Shown here: piece by piece, positions 37,082 to 49,875 of the stretch
Layout: each line of letters starts with the position of its first letter
Numbering within the stretch: position 1 is the first letter of the stretch
From: Fistulifera solaris
Lineage: Eukaryota
Reading direction: 5' to 3'
Assembly (NCBI GenBank): GCA_030295235.1
Contig: AP026158.1
Location: 124,001 to 188,000, forward strand
DNA length: 64,000 bases
Translations under genes and position numbers: made by a program
The notes under the pieces: model-generated
Seen by the model: only the letters and a program-made list of their open reading frames with translations
Database searches by the model: none
Told to the model about the DNA's origin: nothing

Positions 37082-40000
37082 ATGCCCTCCGCATTTCCCG
37101 CCACCGTCGCCGAACGGGAAGCCGAATTGATTGCGCTGCAATCGGCGTTTGATGAATACATTGCGAGTAGTCGGGAATTGGAAGAAGAACTAGATGCCGA
37201 ATTGGCCAAGATGCGTAAGTACTATTGAAAAGCAAAGGAAAGGAAAGCAAAGCAAAGGAAGAGTGACAGTTCGGTTCCTCTCTTTTCGAAGCATCACAAT
37301 CATTCATTTTTATGATTCATTCATTATTATTTGTTTCGAATGACTGCCATGATGAACTCACTCACTCACACATACTATCTATCTTTCCTACCCCGCAGAA
37401 GAAAAACTGGCGGAATCGACGGCTGCCAATGCCGCCTTATCGGCGCAACTCGAAAATATTTCTCCGCAATTGGCCAGTCTCGAGCAAGCGCTCACGGAAA
37501 GTCGTTCGAAATTACGAGAAGAACAAAAATTGCGTCGCGCCGCGGAGAATGCACAAGACGAAGCCGATCAACGCGTCCGCGAATTGGAACAAAGTTTGCA
37601 ACAGGCGCGGGAAGAATGTGATGATGTGCACGAAGAATTGGCCTTTCGAGAAAATGAATTGGAAGAAATGAAATTGGAATTGGAAGTCGAGAAGCAGCAG
37701 TTGATCAATGAATTGGCGGCGGCGCGGTCGTCCGCACCTACCGAAGTGACCGAGGCCGCGGATGAGAATTACACAAAAAAATTAGAAGAAGAATTGGAAT
37801 TAGTGACGGAACAATTGATTGATATGGAGAAACGTCTTTCCGAGGCGGAAGCGGATGTCGCCAACAAGCAGGCACAATTGGAGCGTCTGCAAGCTGAAGG
37901 TCGTCGGGAAGAAGATGAAGATTTGATCCGTACGTTGCAGACCGAAAATGCGGATCGACTGGAAACCGAAGAACGACTCCGGAACGAAATCTCCGTCCTT
38001 AAAGAAGAACTCGCTCTTTCGAAAGAAGAAGTGGCCTTGCAACAAGAAGAATTGCACGCGGCGGAAGAAGATTACAAGGCCACGACCATGGCTCTAGAAG
38101 AAGAACGCATGAAACACAAGGAAGAAGTCACACGATTGGGTATGCGCATCAAAGAAGCCGAAATGGCCACCACTAGTACTTTGGGAGAAGCTGCCATGGT
38201 GGCGACGACGGTCCAATCGGCCAATGAGGAGAACGCACAGCTTAAGGATGAACTTATATCTTTAGAGGCGGCCTTGGCCAACGCCAAGAAAGACTATGAG
38301 ACTGTCATGGAAGAATTAGAAGCCGTCAACGCACGCTTTGATGAAGCCCGGGAGGAAGCTCGTCGTGAGGGAGAAGAAATGGCACGGGAAAATCTCCGTA
38401 ACGAGCAAAAGAGTGACTCGTCACATGAACTACAGGAAGCGAGAGCACAACTGGATAAATTAATACAGGAGAATAAATTACTTCAAGAAAAGGTAGATGC
38501 GGCCGAAGTGGCACTGGCGGCTGCCAGTGATCGGGAAGGTGGTGATGCTGCAGGCGGTGGCAGTGAAGTCGTCAAGCAGTTGCAGGCTCAATTGGCGCGT
38601 TCCAAAGAAGAGTTGGTGCGCAAAAACAAAGAAATTTCCGAATTGTCTGAAATGACCGAGCAGCGTCTCAGTAAAGCAGAGGAGAATGTCGTTCAGTTGG
38701 AGAGTCAATTGAGAGCCACTAAGGCGAGTTTGGCTGAAGCGGAAGCTCGTATCATTGTTCTCAAGCGCGAAAAGGAACGAGCCGAAAACGTCATTCCTCC
38801 TCAATCGCCTCGTAGAGCAAAGGAGGTGATAGAGGGTGGCCCGTCACCGCCGACACTCAACGCAATGAGGTCTCGTTCGCGAAGCCCTTCCGCACCGGTC
38901 CGAGAGGAATTAGAAGATATGGAGGATGCCCCAACTCCCAGCAAAGGACGCCACCGGGCTCGTTCGAGCTCGCCCTCGTCTGTCATGCGCTTGGAGTTTC
39001 AGCTGGCAGAACAGAAAACAAAGTATGCCGAATTGGAAAAGGCACACAATGAGCTGCTGGATCAGAAGCGCATGAGTGAAGTCAGACTCAAGCGCATGGA
39101 AGAAGACTTACGCTTCCTTCGTAAACAAGTGTTTGAAAAGGATGGCGCGACCGTCACGCAGATGACACGTTTGAGTTCGCTCGCGAGTAGTCAGAAGGAC
39201 ACAGGACTAGGCGATGACAATGAAATGGGTCGTGTCAACGAGATCATTGAATCTCGTGATGTCAAAGCCATGGCGGCTGAGTTGATCAACCTAGAAAAGA
39301 AATGCAACAGTCAGCGTCTCTACAATGCCGAACTTCTCAGCAAAATGCTTCATTTGCAAGGTAATATTCAGGTTTATTGCCGTGTCAGGCCCATGTCGCT
39401 GGCTGAAATTGAAAAGGGATACAAGAGTGCCGTAGAGGCTCTGAGCGAAAACGAAGTGGGATGCTTCGACAGCCGTACTAACAAATGGAAAAGTTTCGCA
39501 TTTGATAGAGTTTGGGGACCGGATCAATCTCAGCAAAGTGTTTTCCAAGACGTGGAACCTTTGGCATTAAGTGTGGTGGATGGTTTTAATGCTTGTATTT
39601 TTGCGTAAGTAAATAGCTCGCGAGCGGTTGTTGTTGAAGACGCATCTAACTTTATTGATTTTAATTGGTAGCTATGGTCAGACTGGTAGTGGTAAGACCT
39701 TTACCATGGAAGGTGTAAGGGAGAACGGCCAATTTGGTATTAGCTACCGAACTATCCAGAAAATTTTTCACCTATTGAACCTCCGCGCTCAGCAGCAACG
39801 GGCGGCTGAGATGTTTGTTGGACAAGAAGCAGAAGACGACCCGGCAAAGGAAGTTTCATTTCAGTTCACAATCGAAGTCGGCATGTTGGAAATTTACAAT
39901 GATGAAATTTACGATTTGTTGGGAACTGCGGGTGCGTCGATGGCGGAGAAAAAGGAAGGCGCCATGAAAGCTGGAGGAAAGAGTTCATTGGATATTCGAC

Positions 40001-41328
40001 GCACTCCAGAAGGACGTATCGAAGTGCCCAACTTGACCAAGGAGAAAGTGAATTCCATTGAGGAGGTTATGGATTTGTTGAAGAGAGGTAACTCCAATCG
40101 CGCTACAGCAGCCACCGACATGAACACACACAGTAGTCGATCGCACATGGTGTTGATGGTAGACGTGAAATCTGGTCTTGACGATGCTCAGAGCAACAAT
40201 GGTACTTTGTACTTGGTCGATCTTGCTGGATCTGAGCGCGTACGAAAATCCAATGTAGAAGGAGATCAACTAAAGGAAGCTGGGTTTATTAACAAGAGTC
40301 TTTCCGCTCTCGGAAATGTGATGGAAGCTTTGGACAGAAAAGCTTCACACGTACCGTATCGCGATAGCAAGCTTACGTACATGCTACAGGATTCTCTTGG
40401 AGGCAATTCACGAACCATGATGGTTGTCGCTATTAATCCAGTTGACAATTCGTTTGATGAGTCTATCCATGCACTTCAATTTGCGACTCGTGTAAGACGC
40501 ATTCAAATCGGTTCGGCACAACGTAATGTCACCTCAAAGAACCTTGAAGAGACAGTGAAATCTCTCACGGAGGAAATGAGGGCGCTCACACGTGCTAAGG
40601 AGCGATCCGAGAGCCAGCTTCTTTCCCTGAAGCGCGATAACACTCGCGTCCAAGAAAAGCTACAGAACCTCAACAAATCAAAGCAGCAGAGCCGCTCCGA
40701 CAGTAAGACTCTTGAAGTGCTCCGCAAGAACAACGACGACATGGCCCAGCGATGGCAGAAGGAAAAAGCAGCTCGAGAAGAGATGGCAGAAGAATTGGAA
40801 AATGCTCGAAAAGAAATGAGGGCATTGAAGCAAAAGCTCAGCAAAGCTGAAATGAAAGTGGATAACTTTGAAAAAACGCTTGAAGTGAAAGAGCACGAGC
40901 TTGAAGTGGCGAGTAAGCAGCTCAGGGAGCAGCGCAGCAGTACCTCTGCGGCAACTGCTCGTGCGCGGCGCGACATGGTCCTCCGAAAACCGCCCGGTAC
41001 TGTATCGAAAACGTCTGTTGCATCAGCTTTGTCGTCCAAACCAACAACTCCGTCTCACATGAGCGCCGCATCAAGTGGTGCAACCGACGTCCGGGCGAAA
41101 GTTTTGACTCTCCTCCAAAAGCACGATCCAGTCAAGGCCGATCGAATTGATATCATCATGGAGAAATTTGCTGGCAAAGAGGATTTACTGCTAGAGAAGA
41201 TGACTCAAAGGTATGAGGGTAGTGCAGCGTCGAGCGTCCTTGACCGAAACAAGCTCTCCGTGCAGCGGCATCAGGAACGGATGCAACGCATTAGGGAAAA
41301 GCAAAACGCAAATAATTCTGGATCCTAG
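37082..41328 (+). CDS. Kinesin-14 family motor with long N-terminal coiled coil; introns 37215-37398 and 39605-39671
   Basis: Neck GNIQVYCRVRP, FAFDRVW, YGQTGSGKT, SSRSH, DLAGSER, HVPYRDSKLT; both GT-AG introns give in-frame joins. Confidence 0.93.
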
Positions 41329-41770
41329 TTTAGCTTTAACAACGGAAAGCGTGTTGTATTTCTTATGTCATAGTCGACCTGGCACTTCAATTCTTGTTGT
41401 TGTTGTACTCCGTATTTTTTTGAAACTTATCGTTGTTGTTGATGGACTTTATTATTATTTGATGACGACTACCTGGTATTCAAGGGAATGCGACGCGATT
41501 AATTCCGACTCGAACTGATTTCAGTCCCGCTTCAAACTATGCGTCCTTTCTGCTAGTCACTGGCCTCTTTCAACGAAAAAATGTATGTATTGTACGAAGA
41601 AACAAATGCAGAAATGTAAGCGAGTTTAAGTCAAAGTTTGACAAAGAGTCACGCAATTGCAGTCAAACAAGAGTCGTACCCGGCTCATTGATTGGTAGAA
41701 CATATAATTAGGACAGCGCGTAATAATGCAACTATATGTAACTTAACTCTCCACAACCCTTTTGAGTAGA

Positions 41771-43141
41771 TTACCCACTAGCCTGCTTCAATTGTTGCTT
41801 AAAGGTTTGTACTGCTAAGATTTGGCTGGCCATCGGTGTGCGGACAAAATCACCATAGTGGGCTTGCCAATTGTGGTTTTTCTTGAGCTGGTCAGCTTTT
41901 TTGGGGCGTCCGTATTCATCACTCTCCACAACGCGAGCATGCTGGGCTTTCACAAAGTGGTCAAAGTAGTGTCTGTACAAAGCGTCATCGTGATTCACTC
42001 CCAACAAATTGTCCAACGTGGTTTTAGTGAAGGGGACACTCTCATTGATAGCATCCAAATCTTCTGGGTTGGAAGCCGCTATCAATGAGCAAATCAGCCA
42101 GAAGCCCTTAGTAAAGGGCAAGGCCATTCCCCTGATCACGCAAGACTTCCGCAGCCTCGTTAGCAAAGTCATCACAAGCAGAGCAATACGGAACCACCTC
42201 TTCGATGTTGTTCATCCATTCTACTTCGACGTCGGTGTTAGAACAGATCAAAAATGTCATTGGGTTCTGCGCTGGATTCTGGCGATTGAACAAGAGTCTA
42301 GTAATCCCTTCCTCAGCGAGAAGACCCCCTTGGGTGTACCGTCGCAAAAGAGATAACGCGCAATGCTTCGATTCGCCCCCATTGCAAAAGACTCTTGCAG
42401 TTTTTCAAACACCGGCGTGCCTCCCATGGGCATTCTATGAAAGGCAGCATCAATTCGACGATGCGCGTCAACCAAAAACGACTTTGGATCCCGACCTTGT
42501 CTCTTCAACACGACCCGATCTGGGCGATTAAGAAAACAAACTTGAATTTCCTGAAATGGAACGTACGCCAAGATGTCCAGCATCTCCTTCAACCGAGCTT
42601 GTGCTTCTTGCCAGCGTGTTTGCGTCTGTTTCGTGGCCGTCACTGCATCCGATAAAAGCGTCATCAAGCCGCTGTCATCAACAATGAATTCCAAGCAGTC
42701 AAATTCACTCAACATCATGAGTTTGTTCATCAATCCCATCGGAACTTCGTATTTATCCTATACACTTCCAAGTTCATCGACCATAGTATCCGGTTGCATC
42801 CCAGCTTCCATGCATATTTCCGGTTCTTGCATCATTTCAACTGTAGCGTTCACGCTTTCACTAGAAGCAAATATCTTTCCGCCCCACGCAACGCTTGCTT
42901 CATTGAGGGCTTCATGATCTTCCATGTTCGTGACGACAGGCAGAGCTACGTTAGCGTTCGCTAGCGTGGTCGCCGGCTTTCCCTCCGTGGCTTCTTTCCA
43001 ATAGTTGTACGCAGGGTTCAACTTCATGACACCATCCATACGAATGTACTTTTTCGGGGGCGATTCGGGAGGATTGCTTGTCGCCCACGGAGAAGGATAT
43101 TGAAGAGCTTGTGGAGCTTGCGAGAAGGAATGGCATATCAT
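41771..43141 (-). pseudogene. VWA-domain protein, disrupted (in-frame TAG plus two frameshifts)
   Basis: FIVDDSG.M, TRWQEA, FLN, GGTP, LFCDG motifs; in-frame TAG at 42758-42760 (ELGSV*DKYEVPMGL); frameshifts at ~42328 and ~42130. Confidence 0.55.
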
Positions 43142-43667
43142 CTTTTCGTTGCTTTGAATATGCTATGCGGGGTAACGAAAAAGTGTTGTTTTCGTTAAAA
43201 ACGGATGAGGTTTGGTGTTTGGTGTCATGATTTCATGTAGACTGACTACCAGTACAGTATCCCAGAGTGTCGTGTGCTTCCGAATGGCCTGCCGTGGACC
43301 TGCTAGGAGCTAGGAGCCAGCTGGTACTGGAAAAGATCGCGGCAGAATTGCCAATCTAGGATCCGAAATCCAAGGCTTGTCCATACTCCATTCACCATTC
43401 ACCCAACATAGGGAAAATGACAAGATCAGAATCTTTTGGATTCTCATTATTTCTCATGCTACCTGGTACCGGTACCGGTACCATACCAGTACCAGATTCC
43501 ACCGCGTCATGTCCCATTGGACAGACACCAATCGGTACTGTAGAGTGAAACGTTTTCGCCCAAGATCTAAGGTCCTTGTTTCCTTCGACTCTAGACATCG
43601 CCTAATTTGCTTCTCTACCACTCAATGGCCGGCCTCTTCACGTCACCATCATCAACCCGTATCCTTT

Positions 43668-43985
43668 CTATTTGTTTCTGAAAGAAACCGCCGTCGCCGC
43701 TTCATTTTTTCCTTCGAAATGTTCGACATCAGACGAGATCTTCTTCAAATATTCATTCTCCCTTTTGATTACTTCCTTTGCCGAATATATGCCCAGGCCA
43801 GCGCCAGGAATGAACGATGCCGCTAAAAACAAACCACATGAGAATACACCTTTCGCGTTATGTTGTTTTATAGAATACTCATGCGCGTCTTCATGAGAAG
43901 CGTCCAACAAAGATTCCATGTTGTTGACGGAAACAATTGTGTAACCTTCGTCTTCCCGCGGCAAGCCGGCACATCTTTGATTCAC
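43668..43985 (-). pseudogene. Truncated remnant of a secretory SET-domain gene
   Basis: SCGLFLAASFIPGAGLGIYSAK matches SCGLYLAESAIPNSGLGMFTAK of the 45666..47541 gene; no continuation found. Confidence 0.55.
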
Positions 43986-44414
43986 CCAATAGACCGAATC
44001 ATACTGAGAAGGAATGTCTCATTTTTCATTATTCACGCTATTAGCCCTTTCAACTTTGTTGTTATTGGTGATACCTTTAGTGGTGCGAATTGCGTACCTG
44101 GTACGGAGGATACTTTCACGTCAAATCTTTACTATGGCGTAAAGTGAAGGCATGACGACTTTCGACCCGACTTGATTGTCAGTCCCAGGACCCGGAAATG
44201 TCAACCCGTATAAAAAAAACCAACTTTCTTGCTTTTGAGTGGATGTGCGAGGTAAGAAATAACGTATTGTTCTTCTTGACAATGGGAATGATGAGTTGAA
44301 AGGCAAAAATTATAATTATAATGGAGTAACGAGTAACGAACGCAGATCAAACTACTTTCGGACGCTCGTTGTCCTCAACAGAGAAATGCAGTGGACAAAG
44401 AAAATTTATATTAC

Positions 44415-44462
44415 AACTGACAAGGAACATCGAAAACTGACAAGGAACATCGAAAACTGACA
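44415..44462 (+). repeat. 20-bp direct tandem duplication
   Basis: AACTGACAAGGAACATCGAA x ~2.4. Confidence 0.9.
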
Positions 44463-44615
44463 TCCGCCATCTTACGTGTTGGAACATCACTGTGGATCGA
44501 TCATAGCAGGGATTCCGTCAATCCAACTTTCGCAGCGAATCACACTCAAAAGCAACGTGGCAAACGACTACCACAAAATACAAAGGAAATTTGTAAACTT
44601 TTCCTCATAGAGTTG

Positions 44616-45007
44616 TTAGTCACAGGCATAGCACTCTGTAATCGAACCATTTTCGCTACTGTCTCGGATAGGACCTTTTCCCAACAACGGAGTGCTCGTC
44701 GGGTTGAAATTAGCGGGACAATTGAAGGCCTTCGTCGCATCATAAAGAATCAGACATTCGCCTACTGTAAATTCCAACCCAATCGCGTCGATGGCGTTCG
44801 AAGCCGCTTTCTGACATTCTTCCAAAGAAATCAAAGCCGCGTTCGAGCAGTACGGGTATTCTTCCTGACTCTCATCGAGGCAAAGTCCAGGACCAACCAA
44901 GCTTGTACATCGGTTGATGAAAGTTGTTGGCTCCTTCTTATTGTCGCACAAAAATAAGTGGCGTGAAAACATCGGTTGAGCCGTCCCGATGGTCGAACCT
45001 GCTTCAA

Positions 45008-45040
<33 letters not shown>

Positions 45041-45055
45041 CGGAAAACACGCATT
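44616..45055 (-). CDS. Small Cys-rich, probably secreted protein (start uncertain)
   Basis: Hydrophobic N-terminus encoded by a (GTT)n repeat, SRHL (RxL), nine Cys in the mature part; the nearest ATG needs a 1-nt correction. Confidence 0.5.
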
Positions 45056-45665
45056 GAGACGAGATCAAGAAAAATGCAAAAGTTGCGTCTTGTTAAAAAG
45101 TCAACTGACCAAAAATGAAAGAAAGAAGAAAGCAAGTACGACATAACATCATGGGGTTTAAGTGTTTCACAGGAAAACAGATTGTCGACACCAAATAATA
45201 GGAGATGCGGAGTAGAACGATTTTTTTTTATAAAAATGAAAAAGCGAAAAAGTGGACTGCTCGTGGCGCTGGGCTGTTTTTGTTATTACAAAGCACGTAG
45301 TATTTGTGCTTCCGGCGTGCAGTGTGCAGTTCTTCTTCAAGAGCTCTGAGCAGTTTTTGCATTTAAGATCTCTTTTGGACTTCACGGTCGATTGTCTATT
45401 GTACATGCATAAAAGAAACAGAGAAAAGCTATTTTTGAGTTTTATTTAACCCCATCGACCATGGACCAATAATAAAATATGAAGTAGAAAACTCGGAACT
45501 CTGTTTACCGGCAACGGTACTTGTACCTCTATTATTTCTATTCAATACCAGGTACATCGTACCCTACAATTTTGACAGCTCTTTCAATAAACCGCGGGGG
45601 TCTACATTCCTCTCCTACTCGTTCGTTAGGAAGAAATAATCACTACAACGAAATCGGTGAGATTA

Positions 45666-47541
45666 TTATTTGCGGATAAAAATATCGCGCCAAGCTTCTG
45701 GAACCATGCTGTCGGGCAAAGCCATCTCGTGTCGGAACGCTGATCGAAGGAACATATCGGATGTGTACATGACATCAAAATACTGAATTGCCTCTCGTCG
45801 AATATTCTTCACACGCCATGTTTGGTTTTCTTCTTTGATAACTACATCGTACAGGTCATTGTTGTGTTTCTTCACCACGAAACACTCGTGAAGGTCATTC
45901 ACATCAAATACTTCCTCGGTAGAGGGTGCCCAGGTGATGGCGGTTGTGGCACCTTCTTCACCCGCGTCATCAAAGGGTAATTCTACGAAACAGCCCAACA
46001 AAACGTTTTCGTAGGATGGATCTTTCTCCATCTCCGAATCCAGCAGCAGCGGCTCATTACGGGCATTTCGATCCGCCGCCGAAATGTAACTCTCAGCAGG
46101 GGGCTGCCATTCGCTAACATAAGTCTGCCAAGCCTTTTCCCATTCGTCACCATAGTCCAAAAACACTTCCTCACCGGCTTCAATATCCCGCGTGGCCACA
46201 ATCTCCATTATCAAGCCCGCATACTTTTCCACATCCAAATCGGCTGGGCTTCGGTCGAGCCAATCCTTGCGATGATTGGCGTGGTTTGACCATCTCAATT
46301 CGGCGTTCTTCAATGTTTGGTTGTGATTGAGATAGTTGACAGCTGGCGAATACGGGTAAAGGAGCAGCGAGCTTTGCGGATGTCCGAAACAATAATTCAG
46401 GAGGAGCTGCGAACCAATTCGAAATACTTGATCTTCTTCCTCTTCGTCGTCATTGTCAGATTTGGCAACTGCACGAAGTTCGTATACTCTCCATTTGGTA
46501 GCGACGGAGCTGAACGACAGGCAAAGGCGCGATCACGGACCCTTTTCGCGAGACGTCGCGTCGCGAACGCGCCACGACCCGCCTGTCGAATTGTGGACAT
46601 TCCTGGACGAATGTTGTCGAGACACATCCCATTCTCTTCCAACCATTCTTTCGTCTTGACTCTTCCCGGCAACAGAGTCTTCGCCGCTCCCTCATCGAGT
46701 GCTTTGGGGACGTCACGAACATCGTCGGGGAGAGCATTCTTCATCCGGGGTTCTAGTTTCACAGCAAATTGTAGTAGCTCGTACATTTCGCGTCCAATTT
46801 TCGACTGATAGTCACTATCCATGATCTCGTAATACTTTTGAGTACTTCATTTGCGTGTTTCCAGTGACGAGACAGAGGTATATCTCCAATATATTTACGA
46901 CGATCCCGAAACCACGTATCACCATACTCGACAAAGAGTTCCGCCCCCGCTTCAATATCACCATCGGCCACAAAGTGCACATCGTGAAAATGCGTCGAAG
47001 CCCCCGTACCAGGATCTTTTGTGCGATGCAAATCCGCGACCCGCTGCGGGGGTCGTTGAATGGCATTCACCAAACCGGGATGACTGTTGGCCAACATGCC
47101 CAAGCCCGGAATGACACTGCTGACTTCTTCCGCTTCGAATTCCGCCAGGGCATTGCTGGGGGACCAGTAATAACTATCGAGCAGCCACGAAGGAGTTCCT
47201 TTGTTGTTGGATCTTGACAAAAATTGTCGACGGAGTCTCATATTTTCTTCGAAATCTTCAATGTTACAAACAATCTCACCGTAGAAAATGCGTTCGTTGT
47301 GTGAAATGGGTTTGGCCGTAAACATCCCCAAACCCGAATTGGGAATGGCTGATTCGGCTAAATAGAGACCGCACGAGGAATTGTCTTCTTGTGTTGATGG
47401 TTCGGTGGAAACCGTCCCATCAACATTGACGGTGTATTCCGCAGAAGGATTGTTGTCGGCGCTTTGGCTCTCCGACGAGAGCGCCCCCGACAAACTGATC
47501 AATAGTAGCACGGAGGAGAAACGACTAGTCCTCAGCCGCAT
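45666..47541 (-). CDS. Signal-peptide protein with two SET-like domains (diatom-specific secretory methyltransferase type); frameshifted
   Basis: Signal peptide; CGLYLAES.IP..GLGMF, GMLANSH, DIEAGAELFVEYG..WF; second unit AGRGAFATR, NYLNH, ATRDIEAGEEVFLDYG.EW. Confidence 0.8.
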
Positions 47542-47979
47542 TGTAACCAGTTAAGAGAATAGTCGGGTTGGTTGATAAATTTTTGTAACGAATGAATGGC
47601 TTGTGCGATGAGAAGTGAGCATGTGAACGCGATTGTTTTGGAGATTATTCTGCATAGAGCCGTTAGCGATGATGATTCCTAACACTAGCTGACCTTATAG
47701 ACAAATATCATAGCATGACTGAATTTATATAGCAGAAAACATCATCTATTAGGCACTCACATATACGGGTTTTTAAGTCGTACCGGTTTCTTTTGCTTAA
47801 GTCTGAAAGCGGATGCTACTATTGTCGTCACACTAAGTCACAAGAATGATTGTGGACGTTTTTTCTGCCGTGCACGGGACTCACCTCGCCACAATTGGGC
47901 GCATCCTTCCATTCATTACCATCAATACATTCGTTAGCTTTCTTCAGAAGCGCAAAGTCCGGCAACAATACATACCATC

Positions 47980-48822
47980 ATGAAACTTCTTGTGTTATCC
48001 TTATTGATTAGCAGCTCGGCTGCCGCGCAATTACAAACGCAACAGCAACCCAGCAGTCGTCCGCGTTGGGGGCGTCAACTCCACCAGGCGCTACCGCTCC
48101 AACGACAGCTCCGAGACGATGGCTGCACCTTTGATAAACTCATGAACCAAACGTGTCATTTATGGGAATTTTGTGTGGATTTGACGTTTGATTCCAACGT
48201 TGAAGTCCGATGTGGTGGTAACATTGATGCCGATTGGTACATTTTTATGGACGCGGAAGAAGTGTGTTACAACGATCTTCCAGAAGAACTGGCTCAATCG
48301 ACTGGATCATTGAACTATTGTTCTAGGGAGCAGGGCTATTTGAATTTCACGAAAAGTGCTTTGGTGTACTCGGAAGTGACAGAAATTATCACGGCTCCCG
48401 TCCAAGGGACACTTCACGAAGTTTATCGAATTTCGGAATGCGACAGCAGTCCCGCCGATTACTACTTCGGACGGGCGTTCTGCAATGATCCTTGTCCCTA
48501 TCTAATGAATGTAGGAGGGATAAGTTGCAACGGAGTTTGTCAAGAATGTTCCGATGGAAGGATGGTTCTCAATTGTGCCGACATTAGCCCAGGTCTCGTC
48601 GAACGATGCGATGCTTCCGACAACATGTACATCTATCAAGAATACTTCAACTTCTTCCAAGAAAAGATTCTGCTGGAAGAACAGCGTATTTCGGAAGAAG
48701 AGAACACCTCGGAAGAAACGGAATCAAGCGAAGTGGCCGACGAGGCATCAACAGCAACAGTAAGAACAAAATCGTGGATGATGATTTCGGTGGTCATCGC
48801 CGGATTTGCTCTTTGTTGCTGA
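47980..48822 (+). CDS. Cys-rich secreted surface protein, putative GPI anchor (paralogue 1)
   Basis: Signal peptide, RQL motifs, 14-Cys domain, S/E/T linker, hydrophobic C-terminus. Confidence 0.8.
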   Translation: MKLLVLSLLISSSAAAQLQTQQQPSSRPRWGRQLHQALPLQRQLRDDGCTFDKLMNQTCHLWEFCVDLTFDSNVEVRCGGNIDADWYIFMDAEEVCYNDLPEELAQSTGSLNYCSREQGYLNFTKSALVYSEVTEIITAPVQGTLHEVYRISECDSSPADYYFGRAFCNDPCPYLMNVGGISCNGVCQECSDGRMVLNCADISPGLVERCDASDNMYIYQEYFNFFQEKILLEEQRISEEENTSEETESSEVADEASTATVRTKSWMMISVVIAGFALCC

Positions 48823-49082
48823 AAGGTGATGTTCTGTATCGATTCCGATGTATTGCAATTATATAATAGTCTACTTAGGCCCCCAGGGTCACTACTTTTT
48901 GTCTGGCTCTTAGTATGCAGTCCCTTTAGCTTAAGTCCGCAAAAGGCATAAGGTGGAATTTTGGTTGATGCTACGCTACAAATCTATCAAAGATTACTTG
49001 CCACTACATCATTCTTGAACGAAAAGGTCACAACTCCTTGCTTACCGCGTTACTTCCTAATGTCTGTTGCCAAAGAAATAAA

Positions 49083-49424
49083 ATGAAGGTTTCATACTTG
49101 TCCATGGTACTCTCCCTGTCTATGGGTGCCTCAATCCGGCACCAACACAGCAAAGGGCTGACTCGTAAACTGGAAGAAAATTTGTCGACGATTTTGCCAG
49201 GTACTCCAGTGCCTACGACTGCGCCCACAACGGCATTACCGACGATCTTGCCTGCCATTGTTGATACTGGAATGCCAACGATTTTTCCTACCATCGTGGA
49301 CACAGGGCCTCCCACGACGGAAGATGACTTCCAAACCGAGGGTCCTACGCCAATCGTATCGTCAGGGTCACTTGTTTGCGATAGTGCACGAGCTGCCATT
49401 GCTATTGTCGCCGTTCTTTTTTAA
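49083..49424 (+). CDS. Small Pro/Thr-rich secreted protein, putative GPI anchor
   Basis: Signal peptide, TRKL, PTI.P.IVDT repeats, SSGS then a hydrophobic end. Confidence 0.7.
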   Translation: MKVSYLSMVLSLSMGASIRHQHSKGLTRKLEENLSTILPGTPVPTTAPTTALPTILPAIVDTGMPTIFPTIVDTGPPTTEDDFQTEGPTPIVSSGSLVCDSARAAIAIVAVLF

Positions 49425-49791
49425 GCTTAACGGTACGAACGGAGCATAATGGTTGATATATGTAGAGTCTTATATTCATCGAAGCCAATTCCTTCTTGTT
49501 GTCGTCGCGTTCACTGTGCGAAGGTAGAGATCGTCGTAGCGTTCACTGCGCAAAGAAATAGCTCGTCTCATGTAGGGTAGTGCTAGCGATCGAACTGCTT
49601 TGCTTATAATAAACCCTCGAAACATTACCACCAGGATCAGCAATTGAGTTGCGCATCCCGGCAATAACTCCGGCGACCATTTTTCGGACGAAAAGCCAGT
49701 CACATGTTCACTTTTCTATCAAATGACGAACTCATTTCGGGTGCATGTACCTTTAAGAATGTAATTTTTCCTTATCTGGTAGTTTCCAAAA

Positions 49792-49875
49792 CATAGTTGC
49801 CTGGCGATGTCCTGTGCCCTCTACCCGTAAGCATAGTTGCCTTGCGATTTCCTGTGCCCTCTTTCCGTAATCATA
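49792..49875 (+). repeat. 40-bp imperfect tandem duplication
   Basis: CATAGTTGCCT.GCGAT.TCCTGTGCCCTCT..CCGTAA at 49792 and 49832. Confidence 0.85.

Noticed and set aside
42758..42760. Stop-codon readthrough or recoding
   Set aside because: Other genes here end normally at TAG, and the same gene has additional lesions.
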